64,000 bases of DNA from Camelus dromedarius (Eukaryota): assembly GCF_036321535.1 (NCBI RefSeq), contig NC_087436.1:25236001-25300000 (forward strand), read 5' to 3'. The notes below the pieces were generated by a model. The model made no database searches, was not told the DNA's origin, and was given only the letters and a program-made list of their open reading frames with translations. Each line of letters begins with the position of its first letter. The stretch's first letter is position 1. The position numbers and the translations under genes were made by a program. This document shows positions 25,875 to 37,765 of the stretch, one piece after another.

Positions 25875-26348
25875 GTATTGGTCCTATTGCTGTGATGATA
25901 AATCACTACATACTTAATGGCTTAAAAACAACACAGATGCATTATCCTACAGTTCTGGAGATCAGAAGTCTGAAATGGGTCATAGAATAGGGCTAAAATT
26001 AAGGCTTCAGCAAAACTATGTTCCATCTGCTTGCTTTAGGGAAGAATTTGTTTCTTTGCCTTTTCCAGATTTCCTGCATTCCCTGGCTCGTTCTCTCTTC
26101 TTTGCATCACTCTAATTTCTGTATCTGTTATCACATCTCTGACTGTAACCCTCCTGCCTACCTCTTATAAAAACTATGATCACACTGGGGTTGGCTCACC
26201 CAGAGAATATGAGATGGTCTCCTCATCTCAACATCCTTAACTGAATCACATCTACAAAGTCCCTCTGGCCATATAAGGTAACATATTCACAGGTTTGGGG
26301 GATTAGGCTGGAAGTATCTTTAAAGGGCCGTTATTCTGTCTACCACAC
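25875..26348 (-). mobile_element. MaLR MLT1-type solo LTR
   Basis: cttaatggcttaaaaacaacacag..cagttctggagatcagaagtctgaaat..aaggtaacatattcacaggtttgggggattagg..tattctgtctaccaca. Confidence 0.8.
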
Positions 26349-27823
26349 AGGACGTGCTGAAAAAATATTTACAAGGACTTGGTAATTTATGGAGAGAGTG
26401 TGGGATGAGTGAAAGAGAAAGTAAAGCATTCCCACGTATTTAACTTAGCTGACTTTAAGAAAGATGTCATCGACTGACATGAGGCATAGTGAAGGAAGAA
26501 TCATTCAGGTGTGAGGTGTGGAGCGTGGAGAGTTTGAGGAGCCCGTGGAACTTCAAGCCGACAGGAGATGTCTAGCTATCTAGCAGGTGTGTTGCTATCT
26601 GAACCTGCAGCTTAGATGAAAATTGTGTTGGGAGTTTAAATTTGGATGTTTTCAGCCGTTAGGAAGCGGAGTTGAAGCCATGTTGGATGGAAACACATCA
26701 GGAGAGACTGAGAGTGAGAAACACAACAGGAAGCTGGTATTAGGGGTGTTTGAAAGAGCAGCCCTACATGTTGACTGAGGAGGATTTGTCAGAAATGGAA
26801 AATTGGTGGAACAGAGATTCTTGGGAGCCCAGGCAACTGAGCAATGGTTTTTACACTGTGCTCCTCAAAGTACCCCTGAGGGTTACTGCATTTCCCAATA
26901 GCAGAGAGGAGTGAATCAACGGGACTCCACACCTCTCACCAAGATCAGAGTAACTATGCTTTTATTTGAGTCATAGGTTTGCATTTCTCCATAAGGTTTT
27001 ATTTAAATGAGGGGCTTTGTTATGAAATTGTATTTAAAATTTGCAAATCTCTATAGTAGAGAAGTTGAGGTAGAGTGAATGATGAATGTCCCGTGATCCC
27101 TTGGCGAGGGCATAGCATGAATGTAGCCAAACCAATGCAGCTACTGATTACTCTTATTAATCTGTGTAATTAACAGTGAGTGGTGTTGGTTCCCTGTGTT
27201 CTTACAGCATCTTGTGCGGTGCTTGATCGTGGCACTTTTCATATTGCATTTTCATTTTTGTTTTAGTGTCCCTATATTCCCCTCTAGATTGGGAACACAC
27301 TAAAAATCTCTCCAGTGGCTTTCATCTTTGTATTGCAAGTGTAAAAAGATGAGGAAAAAATTATTCCTGAGATTTCATCCTAAGGAGAAACTTTGCCTAT
27401 TTTCAGGGAGAGAGAGACAGACCTCAAAAGCATGCTTAAACAAAATGTGATGCTTACTAAACTGCTTTGCAGGATAAAGGGAGAGAAATTTTGTTACCGA
27501 AAAGAAAGGTGAGGAAAAGGAAGAATGATCAAAGAATAAAGGGAAAAAGAAAGCAAAGAGAATGCAGGGGATCTTAAGATGCAACTCTGGCCCATAAATT
27601 GCCAATAATGTTCCTACATTTATAAATCCTTCCCTTAAAATTAATAACTGATAAAGGTTATGAGTTTTTGGCTGAGCTAATATAGAGCAAAACGGAGACA
27701 GTGTGTATAGAGGAGATATTTGACATAAGTACCATGGAAATGTAATATCTGGGAATTTGAAGAGATCACAAAGAGGCTTTGAACTTTAACAGGCAAAGGG
27801 TATTTCAAATAGGATATTTCAGA

Positions 27824-28152
27824 CCAGTGCAGCCCAGTAGAAAAGTAATGGGAATCACAAAAAGCAAGCCACAGAGGTAATTTTAAATGTTCATGTAGTC
27901 ATGTTAAAAACATAAAAATGAATAGTGAAATTAATTTTAATGATATATTTTGTTTAATAAAATATATCTAAAATACTTTCATTTAAGAATGTAGTTAATA
28001 TAAAAATTATTAACAAAATAATTTACATTCCTTTTCTGATACTAAAGTCTTCAAAATCTGGTGTACATTTTATACTTACAGAACATTTCAATTTGAGCAA
28101 GACACATTCGAGGACTCAACACGTGACTAGTGGCTTCTATTGGACATCAAAA
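27824..28152. mobile_element. hAT-Charlie MITE (MER33/MER3-like)
   Basis: cagtgcagcccagtagaaa...gtgactagtggcttctattggaca; AT-rich quasi-palindromic interior. Confidence 0.65.
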
Positions 28153-29071
28153 ACCTAGATCTCCATAGGATAGGTAACCTGCAGGTGACAGTATGATTTC
28201 ATTTTCAGTGCTCCTCTGGGATTGTTGAACTTGGACCAGATATGGAACTACATCTTGAATGATGCTTGGCCAGTAATACATTCTCACCTTAGCTGCCTAA
28301 CTGCTGAATGCATGGAAGTTAGGACTCAACTCGGCGTCAGTGGACACACAATTTCTTGAGTAGGAAGGAAATGGTTAAGCATCAGGTCTTCAGTCCATTC
28401 TCTCCCTTTACCTAAAAAATGCCTCCAAGAAAGAACGAAGATGACCCAGTCAGTCTTCTCACAAACCTTCCAATTACAGAACTCCTGGGAAACACACTGG
28501 TGGTATTTAGTGTTGGGAGAGTCTTTTTTTATCTATGGAATGCTTTGAGCAGATGCACTGGGTCTGTCAACGATTCCTTATGGAAGTCTGTGGGTCTGGG
28601 GGCAATGAAATCTATGGATATGTGGGCATGGCCTTCTAGGAAATGTCATGAATCCTATTTGGTATAAAATAAAGATATTTCGTGATTTAAATAGGTCTTT
28701 TTTGTGTAGGTAGTGTAGTCACATACATTATTACTGACCTCATGCATTAATTAGTAATTAATCAGGGCTGGCAGGTATTCTGATGTGGCAACAAAGCACC
28801 AGGGGAGCTGCCCTAGGGATCCAGGGCTTCTCTTTGCTTTGGCTGTGCCATGGATTGATTTAAAACTCAAAATTATTACTAAAGTGTGAAACTCTGATTC
28901 AAGTGAGTCTGGTTTGATAGTTCAGTCCTTGGTGTCTTTTCATTAAGACTTTAAAATATTTAACATGAAGAAAATGAAGTCTATAAAGAGATACTTAATG
29001 ACTTGGTTGCTTATATAGCCCTGATTATTAAGCAAGTACTTGAATGTTTGGCAGAGATTACTTTATCTAGA

Positions 29072-29278
29072 GTCGTGCTGCTCTATGTGGTAGACCTTAG
29101 CCACCTGTGGCTGTTAAAACTTTAATTAATTAGAATTAAATACAAATTCAAGTCTTTATGTATACTAGCTACATTAAAAACATTCCACAGACACATATGA
29201 CTAGTGGCTACTCTGTAGACGAGATGAATATTGAGTGTTTCCTTCACTGCAGAAAGTTCTGTTGAACAACCTTGCTCT
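29072..29278. mobile_element. hAT-Charlie MITE (MER3-like)
   Basis: tagccacctgtggctgtt..catatgactagtggctac..gaaagttctgttgaacaac. Confidence 0.65.
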
Positions 29279-32109
29279 GTAAATTAGAGATTTTATTGGG
29301 AAATAAAGTGTCACAAACCAGAGAGAGACTTTAGTTTGAGTCAGAACATTTCAATGAAATAAGACAGAGATGTCAGGTATGGAACTAGGAAAAAAATTTG
29401 GTTAGGTCTTACGAGATGAAGGAGAGTGGACAAAAAGGGAGAGTTTTAATGGGGGAGATACACAGGGAACTAGAGAGATGGGAGAAGGCTGGACATTCTG
29501 CCATATAATCCTATACTTGGGAACACTACATTTTTAATAGCAGTACTAGTCTTGAGAGTGGGCAGAAATTGTATGTACGTATGTGTGTGTGTGCATATGT
29601 GTCTTCTTAAGGGAACTCAATTTCAGATGTGGATGGATCTGGAAGGAGATGGCATCAAGATAAGGTAGGGCTCTAGAATCATATCAATTGTGAGAAATTT
29701 TTTGACTTTCCTAGTATTTTAAAATTTGCAGTTCAAGCCATATATCTAGGTCCCAAGAGAGACAGGGAAGATAGACTTAATATTTTGATCATGTTAGTAT
29801 ATGCCATGCTGTCTGACACTAAATAGATCCTCAATAAAATGATCAAAAGAATGGATTAATACCCAGTATCAGCTGACTTTCTTGAAGCAACTTCTGTTCA
29901 TAGACAACTATTAGAGTATGGGAATTCAACACAGCATAATCTTTGACTTGCTTTGATTTTGCAATGACAATGTAAATTTAGATCAATGGCAGTTCAGACA
30001 GAAGTACTCTTAGAAGCTAAAAGTAGACTAGCTTGTGCTGGAGGCCCTAAGCTTTGAAAGTCTCAAGTGTTTCTTTATGTAAATTTATTGCTACACTCAA
30101 AACTCTGGTATACAGTATTCACTAATCTGCAGCACATGTTTAGCTACAGAATAAATCTTGTAAATTGAAAAGATTTTGCCGACACCATCACATTGAAAAA
30201 ATGCAGAAAGTAGCTGACATGAAGATATTGACCTTTTGGACTCATTCTAATAAAGACAATTCTAGCAGTGCATCTCAGTTTCGATCCTGGCAGACCAGTC
30301 CTGAGATCTGACTTCAGTGCTGAAATAATCTTATCTGGAAACTGGTTTAGATTCAGCATTACTGAACAGCATTAAAAAAAAAGAAGACTTCATTACTTTG
30401 GCTTTCTATTTATGCCTTTGTCATTTCTTTCAGTGTTTAAATGAAAGTAACATGTAAGAAATCACTGCTGACAGGCTTCGAATTTATCTTCAATAATTTA
30501 TTGTGATACTCCTCTCTCCACCCACCATTACACTGTAACAAGTCAAATATCAGTTAAAGCGATGTTTAAGACCCTGTAATTCACAGCATGATAACTGTTT
30601 TGACTATATTTAATGGCCAGCACTTACTCCAAATGAGTTAAAGCATATTATTGTGTAAGCATTTATTTTTCACTACTTTACTACCTTGGTAAAACATTTT
30701 CCTATTTCTCCACTGCTTTTCTGTTCTCTTGTAAGTTTAAATCACAGGATGGAACTAGCTAATGAACAGGATTAGATACTGCACCAACCAGGTTGATAAG
30801 TGTCAGGAATTACAAGCAAATGGACAAATGCTTAAATGCGTATGTACACATCCAACACCCTGGTCTCACATTTAACAACATGTTCATGACTACATGAGTC
30901 TTTTCCCCTTCAACTCAGCCCCTCAACCTGGATTTCCCTCTCTTAGAGAATCGTATCACCATTTATTGTGTTGCTCAACTCAGAGATTAGGCTGTCATTC
31001 TCAACTCTCGCCCTGCTCTGCCTCATGTGTACCTTACATATGGTGAATTTAGGGTCTAATTGTATAGCAGACATGGTAATTGGAGTGAAGCTCAGTTCTC
31101 CTCCTTCACCCCCTTTTGGAATTATCTAGATTGTCTGCATGAATGGGTATCGTCTACGGATGATTAGTTATACAGATTTTAGTTTTTCTTTCATTCATAG
31201 ACTTCTCTATTTTACAACTGAATCAGTCATGATCTTGACTTTGTAAAATCTTACTGTGTTTAATAGCTTTTAGTTATTGAATGAGAAGGGAAACAGGAAT
31301 TTGGATATATGAAAATATTGGCTTTTCCATTTTTCTTAAATTGTCTTCTAAAGAACTTTGATGAGCATCTGGACATATATATCAAATGTAGAAGAAAACT
31401 GAGAATTAACCTTCCTATAAGTACCTATAAATGTTTATGCAGTTACATCACCCACACAGCAGCTATTGTTAAGAAAACATTCCACCATCCTGTCAATTAT
31501 CTTTATGAGAGTCAGAGAAAAGTATGCTCATAGCACTATTTGGTTAGTTCGCTAGTTATAATTATTATATGCATCAGCTCTGTGTAATTTACTGGAATAA
31601 GCATCAAGGGAAATGAAGAGAAAATAACAAACAAAATTTGTGCATATAAGGAGCTACAATTTAATGCAAGAGACAGTACAAAAGGAGACTTTAAATAAGT
31701 AAAATTCACAGTCAACTAAGGTTATAAAATACACTCAAAACTTGAGTACAGAGATAATGATGTCTTTTATAGTATCATTGCAATGGTAAATAGGAGATGA
31801 ATGTGAATGGCACAAAAAGTAAATAAATGAGATAGAACATAAGCATTAAGAATGTTGTTTTCCAAAAATGTTTAAAGCATGAGAAATGCTCACAGTATGA
31901 TGTGGAGTAAAAATAATGTATGAATCAAAAACAAATACATAGTGAAGGCACTAAGTCAGTGCAGCTTCCAGGAATTCACCCTTCACTCTTTGGTAAAAAA
32001 TCAAATCTCTGTTGCAGCTCAGTTTTTCCAGCTGGGTTTTGCTTTACCCATTCTTGTGGTGGTGTCACCTGTTCTTCCCTCATCTGTCTGTGAAATTTTT
32101 GGCACGTGG

Positions 32110-32480
32110 CATATATCCATCAGAACAGGTTATTGTGGACGATGGTAATAAACAACACACAAATCCTGTTAACTTATAACCATAAATGTGCATTTCTCTC
32201 ATGCTGATATCCTCCACTGCTCAGCTCTGATTCTGCTCCTTGTTGTATTTCCTTTAGAACTTAGGGTGCTGGAACCATCTCTCTCTGGAATACTGTCACT
32301 GCAGAGAGGAAAGAGGCATAGCAAACTACACAGAGGCTCGTAAAGCCTCTGCATCTCATTAACTCATAGCACTCCGTGCACATTCACGTGGCCAAAGCGA
32401 GTCGCACTCAGTAAAGTGGGGCTGTGGGAGCGCGCCTCCAGGAGGCGCACTGAGAGGAGGGAAGTGATAAAATCTGATCT
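32110..32480 (-). mobile_element. MaLR MLT1-type LTR remnant
   Basis: ggtaataaacaacacacaaatc..catttctctcatgc..cacattcacgtggccaaagcgagtc. Confidence 0.55.
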
Positions 32481-33884
32481 CACAGTAAGTCGTGCCCTCA
32501 TCTCTCATTTCCTCCACTGTCTCACATTAAATAACTTTTGCCATTGCTCGCCGTTCATTGCCCATACTCATGTCACACCCTTTACTATCCTTTTAGCTTC
32601 CCAAAAGAGCTCAAATCCTGTTTCCCCACAGAACTTCCTCACTCCTTATTCAAGAAGAGGTGGGAATACTTCACTTAATGTGCCTCTAGGAGATGGGTTG
32701 CCCAAAGCCAAAGAGGTATTGTTATCCACTTGAAAATGGGCAGGGGCTTCGTCTGTGCTGAGCCGGAGCGGCCTGGTACTGTCAGTAGGCTGAAGCATCC
32801 TCTTTCTCATGGATGGTTAAGGCATTTATATGTACCCACTCTCCCCTTTGAATTCCTTCCCACATAACCAGGTAGGGTGGGTGAATGGAATGGGAATGGG
32901 ACCAGTGAGCTGTTAGTAACAATTGAGGTAACTATTCTCTGTCCCTTAAATATCTTAAATATTCTTCTATCTGCTTCTTCCTGAAAAAGTGTCCTTTCCT
33001 TGTGTTGAAAATGCAAAACATGTGGCCGTTATGTGGGCTGTGGTCTAGAAATAGAAAGAAATTTCCTATTTAACACTTTAGCCTCGGAACTTTTTGACAT
33101 AAACACAGTAGGTTCTCTCTAAAACATAGTGATTTTCTCTGGGTTGTGGGATTATATGTGTTTTAATTTTTTTTGTAGTTTTCTGTATTTTCCAGATATT
33201 TATTTAACAATAAGCACATCATTACTTTTACATTTAGAAAAAATATGATAAAGTTATTTTCAAAAACAACATAAGAAAAAATAAAGAGTACAACTAAGGC
33301 AGACTGATTTCAGGAAAATTGGGGATAATTCCATGTCACTTGAGAGTATTTATAATATCTTATTCATTTTCTTATTTCTTATAGTTCCCAGTGTTGAAAG
33401 ATGTTAGCATGACTTTATGGTGGTATTAGTTTTAAGACCACGTACACATCCAGATCTACACTGGACAAACAAGCCTTTGTGAGTGTGTGTTTGCTTCTGG
33501 GCAAAGATGAACAGAGACAGTACCCGAAAAGAAAAGGACACTGCAGGAGTTTCCAGGGCTTTAGATCTATACTCCAACATAAAACTCCTGTGAGTTATCT
33601 TGAACCCAAAAGATAGAGAACTTTTTAGATGGATTTTCTCCATCTGAACCATCTAGGTTCTAAGAACCTAGAAGTAAAGTAGACCAAATATCTTACCTTG
33701 TTATTTCCTTACTGAAGCACAAATTTGTTTAAGAATTTCTAATTCAGAGCACACCCAATAGTAAGCAAAGGAGAGTGCAGGAACAAGATGCAAAGCCTTG
33801 GCTGAGCGTTAACATTTTCTTAGGTGTAGACAAGTTTTCTGCTTTTGGATCCATTTACATAAGGTAAGACAGGGGGAGCTGGAA

Positions 33885-34015
33885 TCAATAGAGGCAGAGA
33901 CTCAAAGAGAGGCACACCAGAAGGAAAGGGAGGGACAGAAGGAAGGGGACAGAGGGAAGGAAGGAGAGAGAAAGAGGGAGGGAGGGATAGGGAAGAGACA
34001 GTGATAGAGAGACTG
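33885..34015. repeat. Purine-rich (GA/GGA) low-complexity tract
   Basis: agaaggaaagggagggacagaaggaaggggacagagggaaggaaggagagagaaagagggagggaggg. Confidence 0.85.
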
Positions 34016-36379
34016 ATTTTCTCATGGGATTTAGGTCATGGAGCATTATTCTATGATTCCAGGAAGAAAAGGTCTGGAAAATGTACATCCACATGCATTC
34101 ACTAGCAAAGTGTCCAGTAAAATCTCCTAGGATCTGAGCATTTCACAGCAACACTCTTCCTCTTGGTTGAAGAAAAGTGAAACTTGTTGGGTGCATTCTG
34201 TAGCCAACACTTGACACATTGCAGAGGCTAGTCGTTGAATGTTGAAATGAAGAGGTGGCAGTAAGGATGGATGGATCTTCTAATATTTCAAATGGATTTG
34301 AGGTAGATTAGGGTATTTTTTTTTTAAGAAATAAAATCTTTGGCTTTTATTCATCACTATATTAAGTCTTTTCCCCAACCAACTGGAAGATTTATTATCA
34401 AATTTTCGTGCATAAATTTTATGAATAATATTAATGAATTCTAACATGTAACAGATCTCTGAGAAGCATGTATCTGAATTATCATATTAATAGTCACAAA
34501 ATGGACAAAACTAACACTTCAAATGGACAATCCTCTGTTGTACTGACAGCTTTACTAACTACTATTTGCATTATTTTACAAACAACTTTTAAGGATGTTA
34601 TGGTTTACTGGAGTAATACATTTGTATTATCATGGCTTTTCTGGCTGTTATAAAATTCCCTTTTGTGAACACATCAGAAGATATTTCTGACTTTAAAAAT
34701 TCAGGTCAAATTATGAAAATTAAAACAATCCTAAACTCAAAACTGACCATGGAAGGAGTGAATAAAATTCAGCAAGAGGAAGAAAAGTGAAAGCAATCTG
34801 TAGTAGTTTAGAAGAAAAAAAAATAGGATTTTTGTATAAGAAGAGAATTCTTTACCGGCTTAATCCGTTATTAAAGGTGACCATTCATCCTTAGTAATCA
34901 GATCAATTTGTGCTGAAAATTTAGTTCTATATGTGTGAATTGGAAGTGATCTTATTAGTGTTCTACTACATCAAGTTTGATAAAATCCCCAATCCATTTC
35001 AGTTAAGTTTCTATTGATCCACTTAAGAGATCAATTTGAACTTGTTCGATTCTTTTGTCAAGGGATTTCATCAGGCTTGAGTTTAACGTTATGAAATAAA
35101 CATGATTTAGAAATGTAAGATGGAATAAAAAAGAGTCCAGAAGAGTGCTGACAATTATTTGAACTCAAGAATTTGCATTTGAGCATTTGATAGGGCACTG
35201 GCACTTAGAAATGGACTAGAAATACAATAGGACAAAGAAGTCAGAGTGCCTTTCAAAGTAGTGAGGAGTCATACCTCCCCTCGCTTACACTAGTCATTAT
35301 GTTTCTGTGTCATTTAACAGTTTGAAGTCTATTTGTCAATAAAAAGAGAGTTTTAGCTTTATTCTTAAATATGTTTTACATCGAATTATATACTGCCTTT
35401 CATGAACTAAATACTTCCTTCATTTCTATTTTTAATTTCCTATTATTGTCTGCATTTCACCCTAATTTTTCTTAGGAGAGGATGAATGGATGTTAAAACT
35501 GTGTGAAGATCTCAGGAACAATGACAGGAGTTCCTCCTGATAACCATTTTTCTGTCTCCTTCTTCTCTTCAGGAGCAGTTTTAGAAGGGGTGCTAAAAAA
35601 GAGAACTGCCCGGAAACATTTCTCTTTCATACCTAATTCTATTCTCATCTTCACAGAATAGACAAGGAATTCCTTTTAGCAGGAAGCAGTCTTCAAGACC
35701 TTCTGTTGCACCTGGTAAATAACATGTGTGCAGGTAGGCAGTGATTCAATGTATTGCATTGTCGGGGAAGTTCAAAGTAAACCGAGGACAAAGATTTAAA
35801 GGTAGAGACCAAACATGCAAACAGATCAGAGGCTATAAATGCTGGTCAACGTGATGTGTCTGTCATGCCATTGTACCATCAGCTTTCAGTTAGGAGAACA
35901 GAGCTCCTCTAAGTACCATGGGATAAAGAATTTATTAGAATTTGTGGAAGAAATTAGACCATAGACTAACATGGGGGCTTGCTGAGGAAGTGATGTTCTG
36001 GAAGTGTGATATTGGAAGATTAGGGAAGCAGTTACTAAAAGTCATGCAAGTCCTGGTACAAGCAGACAAACTGAATCTTGTGGGCAACCCGAGAAACTAA
36101 GCCCTCGTGGCAGTCAAAGTGGGACCAGACATGCGTGCACACACTCTCCCGCAGGTTCCAACAGCGTAACAAAGAGGAGGAAAAAATGATGAAGAAGACA
36201 AGTTCCTGGGTGAGGACTCAAATAAGAGGCCCCCTTTCATCACGTTTTTATTTCAATTATTGTGATTATTAGTTATTCAAGGTAGATTGGAAAGACTTCT
36301 GTGATGACTGTTTCTCACATTCGTTGGTTTACTAGATGAAAGGCAACAGGCTACTTAAAAAGTGTCACCCAGACATACA

Positions 36380-36530
36380 GCGAAGTTTTGGGGGTTCAAC
36401 TTGTTCCATTTTACAGATAAGTAAGTTGAGACCTAGAAATGTAAAGCGATTCATGCAATATGACATAGTCAAGATAGAGTTCCGTCAGCCAGCTCCTACC
36501 TCAGTGTTCTTCCCGCTATACATCATTCCT
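36380..36530 (-). mobile_element. MIR remnant
   Basis: ccattttacagataagtaagttgagacctagaaatgtaaagcgatt (MIR core). Confidence 0.65.
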
Positions 36531-37445
36531 CCTGGAAGAGACATTTTGATTTAAACTGCTGGTCTTGTACTTCAGAACTCTTTGATCCTGTAACTGGTCT
36601 TATTGACCTCTACCTTAGCAAATCCACTTTTCAAGGCTTAGGTCCCAAGTGGCAGGATGGTGTCTTGCTTCTGTGAAGACCATGTTGAAAGAGGTGGGAG
36701 ATAAAGTATAATTTACTGTATTCTTACAACATAAGAATGTTCATCTTTAACCAGTTTCACCCAGCAATTCTGAGAACCTGTTCTGTGCCATATACTGTAC
36801 TAGACAGTATGAAGAGATACAGAAAGAATCAGAACTGACCCCCTGAGTGAGGATTGATGTAAGTTTCAGATAATTCTACTGGTTCATCCTGTTTTCTTGT
36901 GTTGCCTTCAGCTGGTTTCTCGCCAGCTTTTTCATGACTGGAAATGCTCACTGTGCTGGCGAGCTTATACACCCCCTCAAGTTTATCCCAGCAGGTAGAA
37001 AAATCAAGGGTGTGAAAAGGGGTTAAGCAAAGTATTTTTGTCAAGGAGAGCAAAAATAGTGGGAAAAGGACTTGCAGTAATTGCAGACTATGTTTTTGGC
37101 ATAAGAAAACTTTACGTCCTTGAAAATGGGAACATGTTATGAACCAAACTTTATCCTGAAATTTTACAACTTAAAATCAAACTCTGCTGGTGCAGTAGTA
37201 ATGAAAATCAGAACGCCTAGACTTCTGTACCCTTTGCTACCTCTTTTGTCTTCCATTTTCAGGAGATTTCTAAGATTACCTGAATGAATTACAACCCAAT
37301 TTAGTTGCACTTGCTGATTTTTCACAATTGCTCTGTTTCTGTCACGTGAAGTAGCAGGTTGCTGATGCCATTGATTAATTCTCACAGCAAAACTTGGGAG
37401 CTTAATCTGATCTTCAGAAGGATTTTTTTTAGATGTCTAGAGAGT

Positions 37446-37765
37446 TTTTTTTTTTTAGTTGAACTATAGTTGATTTACAATGTTGTGTTAGTTTCAGGTG
37501 TACAGCAAAGTGATTCAGTTAACATATGCATATATATCTATTCTTTTACAGATTCTTTTCCAGTATAGGTCATTATAAGATCTTGAATTTAGTTTCCCAT
37601 GCTCTACAGTAAGCCCTTGTTGTTTATCTATTTTATATAGTAGTGTGTATCTGCTAACCCCAAATTCCTAATTTATCCCTCCCCCCACCACTGTTCCCTT
37701 TGGTAACCATCATTTGTTTTCTATGTCTGTGAATCTATTTCTGGTAAAACAATTTATTTCTTTTG
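37446..37765 (-). mobile_element. Cetartiodactyl-type L1 3' UTR fragment
   Basis: Poly-T then gaactatagttgatttacaatgttgtgttagtttcaggtgtacagcaaagtgattcag..ccctttggtaaccat. Confidence 0.85.

Larger units (their letters stand above)
24725..26840 (-). mobile_element. L2 remnant fragmented by two LTR insertions
   Basis: ttcattcaacaaatgataagcaactactatatgccagg at ~24730; L2-like body resumes after each LTR. Confidence 0.6.
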
